The translations under genes and the position numbers were made by a program. Of a stretch of DNA of 64,000 bases, positions 17,936 through 26,693 are shown piece after piece (the stretch's first letter is position 1; each line of letters opens with the position of its first letter). The DNA is from Thermoanaerobaculia bacterium (GTDB lineage Bacteria; Acidobacteriota; Thermoanaerobaculia; UBA5066; Gp7-AA6): NCBI GenBank assembly GCA_040879385.1, contig JBBDKM010000013.1, positions 100,358 through 164,357 on the forward strand. Direction: 5' to 3'. The notes below the pieces were generated by a model, which ran no database searches, was not told where the DNA came from, and saw only the letters and a program-made list of their open reading frames with translations.

Positions 17936-19122
17936 GCCGCGGCCCAGGCCGCGATGCGCTTGATCCCCTCGCGGATGCGCTCGCTCCGACTGGCGAAGGA
18001 GAATCGCACGCAGGCGTCGTTGCCGAACGCGTCGCCGGGGACCGCGGCGACGTGGACTTCCGAAAGGAGCTTCTCGCAGAACGCCGCGGATCCGGCCGCG
18101 CCCTTTCGCGCGTACAGGGCCGAGACATCCGCAAACGCGTAGAAGGCACCCTCCGGCATCCCGCAGCGCACGCCCGGCACCCCCGCGAGTCCCTCCACCA
18201 TGACCTCCCGGCGGGCTTCGTAGTGGGAGAGCATGTCCGCGACGGACGCCCGCGAGCTGTCGAGGTCCGTCAGGGCCGCGAGGGCGGCGGCCTGGGAGAT
18301 GGAGGAGGCGTTGGAGGTCGTGTGGCTCTGGTACGAGGCCATGGCCGTGATCAGTTCCGGGGGCCCGAGAGCCCAGCCGAGGCGCCAGCCGGTCATGGCG
18401 TAGGTCTTCGAGGCCGCGCCGGTCACGACGATGCGCTCGTATCGGGACTGGAGCGCCGCGGCGGACGCGTGCGCGCGGCCGTCGTAGAGGAAACGGTCGT
18501 AGGTCTCGTCGTAGATGAGCCAGGCGCCGCGTGCCGCGCACCATTCGGCGATCCTCAACAACTCGGCCGGATCGACAACGGCCCCCGTGGGGTTGTTCGG
18601 CGAGTTGAGGATCAAACCCCGGACCGAGCCCGCCGCCCGGGAGTCGAGAGCGGCCGCCGTGGCGTGCCATCCGGACTCGAGCGCGGTCGGCAGGAAGACG
18701 GGGCGCGCCCCGGTCAGGCGCACCATCTCGGGGAAGGAGACCCAGTACGGGGAAAACAGGGCCACGTCGTCGCCCTCGTCGAACAGGGCCTGGCAGACGT
18801 TGAAGACCGCTTGCTTGGCCCCGGCGGTGACGATGACATTCTCGCGCTCGACGTGCGCGTCCTGCTCCCGGAAGTACTTGGCCGCGATGGCGTCGCGCAG
18901 AGCGGGTTCGCCCGCGACGTCGGTGTACTTGGTTCGCCCCGTCTCGATCGCCCGCACGCCGGCGCGGCCGACGAACTCGGGCGTGGCGAAGTCCGGCTCG
19001 CCGATCGAGAAGTCGACGACGTCGACGCCCATGGCCGCCAGGGCCTTGACCTTCTTGCTCGCCGCCGTCGTGGAAGAAGGCGCGAGCGCCGCGATGCGCC
19101 GCGACAGGCGCAGGCCCTTCAC
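17932..19122 (-). CDS. class I/II pyridoxal-phosphate aminotransferase (aspartate aminotransferase-like)
   Basis: C-terminal 396 aa of the 941-aa ORF 17932..20757. Motifs NSPNNPTG and GAASKTYAMTGWRLGW. GTG at 19122 overlaps the upstream stop. Confidence 0.9.
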   Translation of the reverse strand: MKGLRLSRRIAALAPSSTTAASKKVKALAAMGVDVVDFSIGEPDFATPEFVGRAGVRAIETGRTKYTDVAGEPALRDAIAAKYFREQDAHVERENVIVTAGAKQAVFNVCQALFDEGDDVALFSPYWVSFPEMVRLTGARPVFLPTALESGWHATAAALDSRAAGSVRGLILNSPNNPTGAVVDPAELLRIAEWCAARGAWLIYDETYDRFLYDGRAHASAAALQSRYERIVVTGAASKTYAMTGWRLGWALGPPELITAMASYQSHTTSNASSISQAAALAALTDLDSSRASVADMLSHYEARREVMVEGLAGVPGVRCGMPEGAFYAFADVSALYARKGAAGSAAFCEKLLSEVHVAAVPGDAFGNDACVRFSFASRSERIREGIKRIAAWAAA

Positions 19123-20315
19123 CGCTGCCGCTTCCACGCGAGCGCGAACTCCCGAAACGCCAGGATCTTCTTGCGGCCGATAGCGACTAAGAAGAGCTCG
19201 ATCGCGATCCAGGCTCCATAGACCCAGAGCATCTCGTGCCGGAGCGGGGGCACCGCGAACTGCAGCAGCCAGAGGGCGAAGAGGCCGACGGCCTCGTACC
19301 ACTGGAAGCTCATCGAGGCCAGGAAGATCCAGCCCAGGAACGCCTGGAGGATCGTCAACAGGATCTCCAGCCGCTGGAATTCGTCGAAGGGAAGCGGCGA
19401 GGTGTCTCCGCGGCTCCAGCAGTAGATGACGGCCAGCAGGCCCGACAGCACGCCCCACTGGTTGATGTTGGACGAGACCATGTTCATCAGGGCGACCGGA
19501 GCGCGCGTGACCCGGCGGGCCCAGGCGAAGGCGGACGTCTTCTCGGGAAACTCCGAGATGAACGGCGCCACCCACTGGATGAAGACGAACTGCGAGATGC
19601 CGAGGCTGACCGCGACCGAGAGCATGGAGTTGAGGAACGGCTCGGCGACGGCGAAGATGATCGCCCCGCCGACCGCGAAGAGGCCGAGGACCGCCGCCCA
19701 GCGCTTCCACCCGGAGAACGAGAGGGCCCAGCGAGAGACCGCCGGAACTTCCCTCTCCTCTTCGTCGGTCTCCTCCCGCGGTGGGAGCCGGAGCAGAACC
19801 GCGAGGTAGGCGACGTACGTCGCCGTCAGCACGGCCGCATCGACCAGGCCGAGGCTCGCCTTGGCCCAGACGACGACGAAGTACGCGAGGGGCGGCAGCA
19901 GCCCGACGACCTCCACGGCGTGGTCCTGGTGAAGGGCGATCTCCCCGAGCTTCCGGCCCCGCCTCTTGCGGGAGTAGAACGCCGCGACGGCGTAGATCAT
20001 GGGCCAGCCGAAGCCCGTCAACAGCCGCAAGCTGCCCGTGAAGTTCGCGATCGCCAGGTGGACCATGTCCGGGTCCTTGCCCGCCTTCCAGGCGATCACG
20101 GCCTCGACCGCGAACTCCGGCATCGTCTGGATCAGGGCGAGCATCGCCAGCGCGAGCCCCTGCGAGATCAGGAACTCGGCAGCCTCGGCGCCCCACGCGA
20201 CGACGAAGGCGGCCCCGATCATCGCCGGGAAGGTCCAGAGCGCGGACCACATCGATCCGGGAGGCGCGTGCTCCGAGGCGGCCGCCAGAAGCTTCTCGTC
20301 GCGAAGCCACTTCAT
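19119..20315 (-). CDS. polytopic membrane protein, cation/Ca2+ exchanger (CaCA)-like
   Basis: About 10 predicted TM helices. LIQTMPEFAVE and QWVAPFISEFPE resemble CaCA alpha-repeats. The assignment is tentative. Confidence 0.45.
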   Translation of the reverse strand: MKWLRDEKLLAAASEHAPPGSMWSALWTFPAMIGAAFVVAWGAEAAEFLISQGLALAMLALIQTMPEFAVEAVIAWKAGKDPDMVHLAIANFTGSLRLLTGFGWPMIYAVAAFYSRKRRGRKLGEIALHQDHAVEVVGLLPPLAYFVVVWAKASLGLVDAAVLTATYVAYLAVLLRLPPREETDEEEREVPAVSRWALSFSGWKRWAAVLGLFAVGGAIIFAVAEPFLNSMLSVAVSLGISQFVFIQWVAPFISEFPEKTSAFAWARRVTRAPVALMNMVSSNINQWGVLSGLLAVIYCWSRGDTSPLPFDEFQRLEILLTILQAFLGWIFLASMSFQWYEAVGLFALWLLQFAVPPLRHEMLWVYGAWIAIELFLVAIGRKKILAFREFALAWKRQR

Positions 20316-20341
20316 GGCGCGCGGTTATAGCATGGCGAGGG

Positions 20342-21118
20342 ATGCCGTCGATCGAGTCTCCCTCCAATCCCCTGATCCGGGAAATCGCTCGCAGCCTGGA
20401 GGAGCGCACGCACCTGCTGCTCGAGGGCGAGAAGGCGATTCTCGACGCCGTCGCCGCGGGGATTTCCCTCGACCACCTCCTGCACGACGCGAGCATCCGG
20501 CCCGGGCGCCTGGCCGCCGCGACCGCGGCGCATCCGCGCCTGGTCTCCCGCGCCGTCCTGGAGCGTCTCGCGGATTCGCGTACGCCGCAGCACCTGCTCG
20601 CGGTGGCGCGCCGCCGCGACGTCCCCGTGGCCGAGATCCTGGGCCGGCCCGGGCCCGTGATCTTCGCCTTCGGGATCCAGGACCCGGGAAACCTCGGCGC
20701 CATCGTCCGCGTCGCGGAGGCCGCCGGCGGAGCGGGCGTGGTCGCCGCGCCCGGCACCGCCGACTTCTTCCACCCCCGCGCCGTCCGCGCCAGCGCGGGC
20801 AGCGTGCTGAGGATTCCGGTCTCCGGCCGCGTCTCCTTCGAGCCCTTCGCCGCCGACGCGAAGGCAGCGGGCCGTCCGGTCTGCGGCGCAGTCGCCGCCG
20901 GGGGCGAGAACGCCCTGGAAGCGCCGCTGTCTCCGCGCTCCGTCCTCGTGCTGGGAGCCGAGGGGACGGGGCTTCCGGCGGGGGCCTACCGGTATCTCGA
21001 CCGCAAGCTCACGATTCCGATGAAGCCTCCGGTCGACTCCCTGAACGCGGCGGTGGCCGCCGCGCTGCTGCTCTACTCGCCTTCGCTCCGCGGCAATTCG
21101 GCGAACGCCTCGGCCTGA
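20342..21118 (+). CDS. TrmH/SpoU-family RNA 2'-O-methyltransferase
   Basis: GIQDPGNLGAIVRVAEAAG and the C-terminal SLNAAVAAALLLY knot motifs. Confidence 0.88.
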   Translation: MPSIESPSNPLIREIARSLEERTHLLLEGEKAILDAVAAGISLDHLLHDASIRPGRLAAATAAHPRLVSRAVLERLADSRTPQHLLAVARRRDVPVAEILGRPGPVIFAFGIQDPGNLGAIVRVAEAAGGAGVVAAPGTADFFHPRAVRASAGSVLRIPVSGRVSFEPFAADAKAAGRPVCGAVAAGGENALEAPLSPRSVLVLGAEGTGLPAGAYRYLDRKLTIPMKPPVDSLNAAVAAALLLYSPSLRGNSANASA

Positions 21119-21606
21119 AATGCCCAGAGACGCGCCTCGGGATCCCGCCAGGCTTCGCCCCGCAGTCCGGCCTTGCGCGCGAGCTCGAAGAGGAAGCGCT
21201 CCGGGCCGAAGGCCCGCTCGACCGCCACCTGGGGCAGCAACAGGGCGCGCCGTCCGCGCATCTCCAGGATCAGGCCGTCGCGCCCGGTCTGGATCTCTTC
21301 GAACCCCTCGATCCGCTGCGGCGCGGTCAACACCGAGATCTCGATCTCGCACTCCGAAAGCTCGCCCGCGGAAAGAGGCGGGAAGCGCGGGTCCTCGAAA
21401 GCCGCCCGCAGCACGTATTGCGAGATCATGCGCGTGAGGTCCCCCTCGGGCGCCAGCGTGCCGATGCATCCCCGGAGTTTCCCGGCGGCGCGCAGCGTCA
21501 CGAAGAGGCCGCGGGGCTCGCCGAAGGTCTCGGCGCGGTCGGAGCCGAGGCGCGGCGGCGGATCCCCCCGGAAATACCCTTCGAGGGTCTCCCGCGCGAG
21601 CCTCAA
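21073..21606 (-). CDS. AMMECR1 domain protein
   Basis: LRGCIGT motif and AMMECR1 length. The 3' end overlaps the trmH-like 3' end by 46 nt (convergent). Confidence 0.85.
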   Translation of the reverse strand: MRLARETLEGYFRGDPPPRLGSDRAETFGEPRGLFVTLRAAGKLRGCIGTLAPEGDLTRMISQYVLRAAFEDPRFPPLSAGELSECEIEISVLTAPQRIEGFEEIQTGRDGLILEMRGRRALLLPQVAVERAFGPERFLFELARKAGLRGEAWRDPEARLWAFQAEAFAELPRSEGE

Positions 21607-21650
21607 GAGGTCCCGGCGCGCATTTTCCGAGAGCGGGGCCGGTGCCGCGG

Positions 21651-22331
21651 TCAGGAGGCCTCGCTCTGCCGGTCGCCGCGCCGAAGGTCCACCAGAAACT
21701 CCGCGAGGATCCCGCCGAGCGTGTCGAGCGCCCCCTCGAAGAAGTGATCGGCCCCGGGCACGACCACCATCCGGCCCGTCCCGCCGAGAAAACGCTCGAG
21801 CTCTACGGGCGGGCCGAACGTGTCCTTCTCGCCCACCACGTACAGCGCCGGAACGGCGGGCCGGGGAACCATCCGCCCCGACTCCGTCGCCATGGGGAGA
21901 CCGAGGGCGATGCAGGCCTGGATCCGCGAGTCCCCCGCGATGGCCTCGAGCGCCGAGGCCGCCCCGAACGAGAAGCCGGCGGCGACGATCGGGAGGCCTT
22001 CCGCTCGCTCCGCCTCGTCGAGAGCGGCGCGATAATCCTCGACCTCGCCCCGCCCCCCGCCGTAGCGTCCTTCCGAAAGACCCACGCCCCGAAAGTTGAA
22101 GCGCAGCGTGGCGTAGCCGGAGCCCGTCAGCGCCTGGGCGGCCCGGTACACGACCTTGCTGTGCATCGTGCCGCCGTGGAGCGGGTGAGGGTGCGCGACG
22201 ACGGCCGATCCGCGTCGCGACCCGGCCGCGTCCTTCCAGAGGCCTTCGAGCCGGCCTGCGGGGCCGGGAAACACGACAGAGCGAAGCGAGCCTGACAGAC
22301 GGCCTCCGAGTTGGCGAAACGCCCGTCTCAT
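21651..22331 (-). CDS. alpha/beta hydrolase (COG2945-like)
   Basis: From M72 of ORF 21651..22544. HPHPLHGGTMHSKVV and nucleophile elbow GFSFGA. SD-like GGAAGGA upstream. Confidence 0.75.
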   Translation of the reverse strand: MRRAFRQLGGRLSGSLRSVVFPGPAGRLEGLWKDAAGSRRGSAVVAHPHPLHGGTMHSKVVYRAAQALTGSGYATLRFNFRGVGLSEGRYGGGRGEVEDYRAALDEAERAEGLPIVAAGFSFGAASALEAIAGDSRIQACIALGLPMATESGRMVPRPAVPALYVVGEKDTFGPPVELERFLGGTGRMVVVPGADHFFEGALDTLGGILAEFLVDLRRGDRQSEAS

Positions 22332-22394
22332 CGTATCCTTCCGGCCGTCCGACCGCGCCGTCCTCCGGAACGAGGGAAGAAACAGGAGAACCCG

Positions 22395-23456
22395 ATGAAG
22401 AAAATCGTCCATGTCGTCGGCACGGGCACGATCGGAGAGCCCCTCATCGGCCTGTTCGCCGATTTCGGCAAGTACCTCGGTATCGACGAGGTCACGTTTC
22501 ACAAACGCACCCCGATGACGACCGAGAGGGCGAAGGTCAATCACTTAGTCGCGCGCGGGGCCAAGCTGGCGGTCGATTCCGACAAGGCCGCGGACTTCGA
22601 GGCGATCGGCCACAAGGTGGCTTTCGACGCCCAGACGGCCCTGGAGCGGGCGACGGTCGTCATCGACTGCACTCCTGCTGGGAACGAGAACAAGAAGGTC
22701 TACGAAAAGATCTCGGGGCCCAAGGGCTTCCTGGCGCAGGGCAGCGAGTTCGGTTTCGGAAAGATGTACGCGATGGGGATCAACGACGAGGCCCTCGTCC
22801 CGGGTGAGGACCGTTTCCTCCAGATCGTCTCCTGCAACACGCACAACATCGCCTGCCTGATCACGACGCTCGGCACCGACGAATCGGGCGGGCGGATCCT
22901 GACGAAGGGCCGGTTCGTCTGCATGCGCCGGGCGAACGACGTTTCGCAGGACTCGGGCTTCGCCCCCGCCCCTTCGGCCGGAAAGCACGACGACCCCGTG
23001 TTCGGGACGCACCACGCCCGCGACGCCTCGGCGCTGCTCTCCACCCTGGGCTGGAAGCCCCCGATCTTCTCCTCGGCGATGAAGCTGAACACGCAGTACA
23101 TGCACTCCCTCTGGTTCGACATGGAAGTCTCCGCGCCGACGTCGAGGGAGAAAGTCCTGGCGCGCCTGCGGGCCAACTGGCGGATCGCCGTGACCGAGCG
23201 GCGATCCGCCAACCAGATTTTCTCCTTCGGCCGCGACCATGGGTATTACGGACGCATCCTGTCGCAGGCGGTGATCTCGGCTCCCACCGTGGTGGTCAAG
23301 GGCGACAACGAGATCATCGGCTTCTGCTTCACGCCTCAGGACGGCAACTCGCTCGCCTCGTCCATTCACGCGGCTCTCTGGCTGATGGACCCCGATCCGA
23401 AACAGATCGCCGAGCGCATGGCCGTGCTGGATCGCTTCTTCTTCCGCGAGATCTGA
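22395..23456 (+). CDS. type II (archaeal-type) glyceraldehyde-3-phosphate dehydrogenase-like oxidoreductase
   Basis: From M29 of ORF 22311..23456, with AGGAGA SD upstream. GTGTIGEPL Rossmann motif and active-site-like IVSCNTHN. Overall layout resembles archaeal GAPDH. Confidence 0.55.
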   Translation: MKKIVHVVGTGTIGEPLIGLFADFGKYLGIDEVTFHKRTPMTTERAKVNHLVARGAKLAVDSDKAADFEAIGHKVAFDAQTALERATVVIDCTPAGNENKKVYEKISGPKGFLAQGSEFGFGKMYAMGINDEALVPGEDRFLQIVSCNTHNIACLITTLGTDESGGRILTKGRFVCMRRANDVSQDSGFAPAPSAGKHDDPVFGTHHARDASALLSTLGWKPPIFSSAMKLNTQYMHSLWFDMEVSAPTSREKVLARLRANWRIAVTERRSANQIFSFGRDHGYYGRILSQAVISAPTVVVKGDNEIIGFCFTPQDGNSLASSIHAALWLMDPDPKQIAERMAVLDRFFFREI

Positions 23457-23480
23457 GGCGGCTCTTCCGACCTGCTACCA

Positions 23481-24401
23481 TTGACCCAAATGGCCTGGGT
23501 CACCTGTCCGCACTGCGGCTTCACCCAGATTCCGGCGGCCGAGTGCCTCAAGTGCCACAAGCGCCTCGAGCGGACAGAGCGCGAGGCAACGCCGGGAGCT
23601 TCCGGCCACGCGGCCTTGCCAGGCCCCGCCGCGTCGGCCCTGCCGCGTCCGTACCTGTATCTGCTCGGAGCCCTGGCCCTTCTCGTCGTCAGCGGCGTCG
23701 TCCTCTGGAGCTCGCGTTCCTCCGTCGCGGCCCCGGAAGAGGCCGCCGCGGCCGCCCCGACTCCGGAGCCCTGGGCTCTCGACCTGACGGGGCGCTGGCA
23801 GGCCAGGACGGCGACGACGATTGCCGGGCCTCCCTCCCGGCCGGCGCTGCGCGAGGTGTTCCTCGAGACCGACCGCTCCGGCAACATCGTGGCCGCCGGC
23901 GTCACGCTCACCGATCCGGGACGGGGCGGCGCCGCCGCGGGCTACCTCACGGTCCCCGACGGCCAGCGACGGGTGCGGGAAGCCGCCGAGGCGCTCGCCG
24001 CCACGCCGCGCGCCTCTCTCTCCGTCGATTTCATCCCGTTCGCCGCGTGGGTCCCGCACCGCGACCGCGTCTGGCGCGCCCTGGAAGGCCAGCAGCGCAA
24101 CCCCTCCGAAACGAGCTACCTCCTCGTCGAGTCGATCGAGCCCGACTACCTCGTGCAGGCGGGCCTGAACGCGAGTGGATTCCTCTCCTATCTCTACCTC
24201 GCGCGCCCGTACGCCTCCGGCCGCGGCACGGATGTGCTCTCCAAAGTCATCCACCCCGGACCGGACAGCGCCCTGCGCGGCTTCCGCAACGTCGTGTGGG
24301 ACCTTTCCGGGGCCGCCGACTTCGTCGGCCTCCAGGTCCCGGCGACCATCTCGGAGCCGGGCGGGACGACCGATCGAATCGTGTTGACGAGGCAGCGGTA
24401 G
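23481..24401 (+). CDS. hypothetical membrane-anchored protein with N-terminal zinc ribbon
   Basis: CPHCG...CLKCH, then a TM segment (YLYLLGALALLVVSGVVLW) and a ~230-aa domain with no motif I recognise. Confidence 0.5.
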   Translation: MTQMAWVTCPHCGFTQIPAAECLKCHKRLERTEREATPGASGHAALPGPAASALPRPYLYLLGALALLVVSGVVLWSSRSSVAAPEEAAAAAPTPEPWALDLTGRWQARTATTIAGPPSRPALREVFLETDRSGNIVAAGVTLTDPGRGGAAAGYLTVPDGQRRVREAAEALAATPRASLSVDFIPFAAWVPHRDRVWRALEGQQRNPSETSYLLVESIEPDYLVQAGLNASGFLSYLYLARPYASGRGTDVLSKVIHPGPDSALRGFRNVVWDLSGAADFVGLQVPATISEPGGTTDRIVLTRQR

Positions 24402-24416
24402 GCAGAGGACGGGCCC

Positions 24417-25358
24417 TCAGGCCGAGACCACGTATCCCCCGCTCTTGGCGTCCTTCTTCATCGTCAGCAGCCCGTGGCGCTCGGCGTCCTGCAGGAGCTC
24501 CGAGAACGACTTGTAGCCATAGTACGACTCGTTGAAGTTCGGCTGCTTGCGCTGCATGGTCTGCTTGATCATCGAGCCCCAGATCACGTCGTAGTTCTCG
24601 CGGCTCAGGGCCTGGACCGAGTCGAGGAAGAGGCGGAACACGTCCTGCTTCTTCTTCGGCAGGTTGTCGATCGAAGGCAGGGCGTGCGTCTCCCGTACGA
24701 GGTCCTCGTAGAAGATGAACTCGTCGCAGTTGGCGATCAGCAGGTTCGACGTCGAGTTCTTCACTCCCACCCCGATCACGCTCTTGTCGTTCTCCTTCAG
24801 CTTGGAGACCAGCGGCGAGAAGTCGGAGTCGCCCGAGCAGATCACGAAGGTCGTGATGTGCCCCTTGGAGGCGACGAGGTCCATGGCGTCCACGACCATG
24901 CGGATGTCGGCCGAATTCTTGGCGGAGTAGTTCCGCTGGGGGATGTCGATGAGCTCGATCGCGGCCTCGTGAAACTCCCGTTTGTACTCCGAGTATCGCG
25001 TCCAGTCGGCGTACGCCTTCTTGAACACGATCCTCCCCTTCTCGATGAGCCGCTGGAGGACCAGGTGGATGTCGAACTTCTTGTACTGCGCGTCCCGCAC
25101 GCCGAGGGCGATGTTTTCGAAGTCGATGAAGAGCGAGAGCCGCTGCTCGACGGAGGTGCGCGCGGGCGGCGCGGAGCTCACGCTCATCGGCACGCTGACC
25201 GGCGCGGCAGCCACGGGCGCCGGCACCAGCACCGGCGCCTCCTCGGCGGGAGCGGGGAAGGCCTTGTGCCGGCGGGTGCCGCCCCGGCGGCGGCGCGAGG
25301 GTTTCCTGTCCGTCTCGGCGGCCTCGGCCGCGGGCAACGGAACCGTATCATCCATCAT
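24417..25358 (-). CDS. NYN (LabA-like) nuclease domain protein with C-terminal OST-HTH/LOTUS domain
   Basis: From M126 of ORF 24417..25733. LFIDFENIALG...ICSGDSDFSPLVSKLKE (NYN), and a C-terminal ...GYKSFSELLQDAERHGLL (LOTUS-like). ATGA overlap with the upstream gene. Confidence 0.8.
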   Translation of the reverse strand: MMDDTVPLPAAEAAETDRKPSRRRRGGTRRHKAFPAPAEEAPVLVPAPVAAAPVSVPMSVSSAPPARTSVEQRLSLFIDFENIALGVRDAQYKKFDIHLVLQRLIEKGRIVFKKAYADWTRYSEYKREFHEAAIELIDIPQRNYSAKNSADIRMVVDAMDLVASKGHITTFVICSGDSDFSPLVSKLKENDKSVIGVGVKNSTSNLLIANCDEFIFYEDLVRETHALPSIDNLPKKKQDVFRLFLDSVQALSRENYDVIWGSMIKQTMQRKQPNFNESYYGYKSFSELLQDAERHGLLTMKKDAKSGGYVVSA

Positions 25359-25828
25359 GGTTTCCTTTCCGGCGCGTAGTCGAAAGACGAGGTCGTCAGA
25401 ACGAAGGTCGCGAGGACCCGGGCGACTTCCCGCCCGGTCTCGTCCACGATCTGGACCTCCCCCACGTTCACGCGCGCTCCTTTCTTGAGGATCCGCGCCC
25501 GCGCCAGGACTTCGGTCCGGGCCCGGCGCAGGAAGTGGATCGTCAGATCCGTGGTCGCGAATCCCATTTTTCCATCGAAGTTGGTGGCCAGGGCGAAAGC
25601 GACTGCCGTATCGGCGAGCGTCGCGAGCACGCCGCCGTGGACCGTCCCCGAACCGTTGGTCAGCTCCGGCCGATAGGGCAACCGAAGCACGCAGGAGTCC
25701 AGCGCGAGCTCCTCCAGGCTCGGGCGCAGCCACCCCAGGGCGGGGGAGTCGGCGAGGCGTTTCCGCAGGCGCTGCAGGAGGTCCGGGGCGATGCCCTTCT
25801 CTTCCTGCCTGGCCGTTTGCAGGGTCAC
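25355..25828 (-). CDS. PaaI/hotdog-fold thioesterase
   Basis: GTVHGGVLATLADTAVAFA motif. 157 aa. Confidence 0.8.
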   Translation of the reverse strand: MTLQTARQEEKGIAPDLLQRLRKRLADSPALGWLRPSLEELALDSCVLRLPYRPELTNGSGTVHGGVLATLADTAVAFALATNFDGKMGFATTDLTIHFLRRARTEVLARARILKKGARVNVGEVQIVDETGREVARVLATFVLTTSSFDYAPERKP

Positions 25829-25880
25829 GAAGCCCCTATTCTAAGCGATTCCCGCCCAACGCCATCCGGGCCCGCCGGAC

Positions 25881-26153
25881 TCAATCCGAGGGCTCCTCCG
25901 GGGTCTCCCGCTCGTAGTAGGGCAGCTCCTCGGCGCGCCGGGTGGAGTTGTCGAGGTGCCGGGGCACCTCGACGATCGTCCGCGTGACGTTGGGATCGCA
26001 GATCTCGTTGTCGCATTGGTAGGTATAGACGTTCTTCTCGGGAAACTTGCGAAACTTGACGATCGTCTGGTACGTGTCGCAGTTCCCGCACTTGAGCGAC
26101 ATCATGAAGATGTCAATGACGTGCTGGTCGGCCGGCGGCTCAAGGTCGGACAT
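25881..26153 (-). CDS. small zinc-ribbon-like protein (90 aa)
   Basis: CGNC ... CDNEIC four-Cys arrangement with an acidic tail. Co-directional with the hotdog and NYN genes. Confidence 0.5.
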   Translation of the reverse strand: MSDLEPPADQHVIDIFMMSLKCGNCDTYQTIVKFRKFPEKNVYTYQCDNEICDPNVTRTIVEVPRHLDNSTRRAEELPYYERETPEEPSD

Positions 26154-26191
26154 GGGGGGCCAATGATACGCTCCCGCCCCAAAAGCTCGAG

Positions 26192-26647
26192 GTGAACATG
26201 GGCAAACGGCTCTTTGTCGCGATCGGCGGCTTTCTGGCCTCGGCGAGCCTTTTCGGGGAGGACGGCCGCTTCCAGAAGACGATTCCCTTCCCCCGCGACG
26301 GCGACGCCCGGCTCGACTGGACCTACGAGAAGTGCACGATCCGGAGCGTCCAGGTCCGCAACTACCCCGACCGGGAGGACATCGAAAAGGCCCGCCACCT
26401 GGACCCCGACGACAAGTCCTGGCTGTGGTGGGAGTTCTCGATCGACAACCGCGGCCCCTCCAAGATCAAGGTCAAGCTGTGGGTGGAAGTGCTGGACGAG
26501 GACGGCAAGCTCCTCAAGGCGGACGACCGGAGCGCCAGCCTCGACGCCTTCGAGTCCGACGAGGTCCGGGTTTCCGGGCGCCTGCGGACGATCGACGCGG
26601 CCGACGCCCCGAGGGTCCGCCTGCGCGCCGACATCATTCCGAAATGA
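26192..26647 (+). CDS. secreted protein of unknown function, tandem paralog 1
   Basis: Signal peptide, then KTIPFPRDGDARLDWTYEKC...WWEFSIDNRG...DAPRVRLRADIIPK. Paralogous to the next gene. Confidence 0.65.
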   Translation: MNMGKRLFVAIGGFLASASLFGEDGRFQKTIPFPRDGDARLDWTYEKCTIRSVQVRNYPDREDIEKARHLDPDDKSWLWWEFSIDNRGPSKIKVKLWVEVLDEDGKLLKADDRSASLDAFESDEVRVSGRLRTIDAADAPRVRLRADIIPK

Positions 26648-26693
26648 CGTCGAACACGATAAGCTTTCCGCCGCCATCCAGCGAGGTGAAAGT

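Noticed and set aside
17903-17940. CTTAGGC next to the hairpin resembles an integron attC R' core (GTTRRRY), and the hairpin has a bulged base like attC sites
   Set aside because: The TTA is simply the aminotransferase stop codon. There is no matching inverse core (RYYYAAC) at the other end, and no integrase or cassette array nearby.
17932-20757. 941-aa ORF that looks like a giant fusion protein
   Set aside because: Only the last 396 aa (the aminotransferase) look like real protein. The N-terminal 545 aa are Arg/Gly/Pro-rich read-through in an alternate frame of the membrane-protein gene 19119..20315, typical of high-GC DNA.
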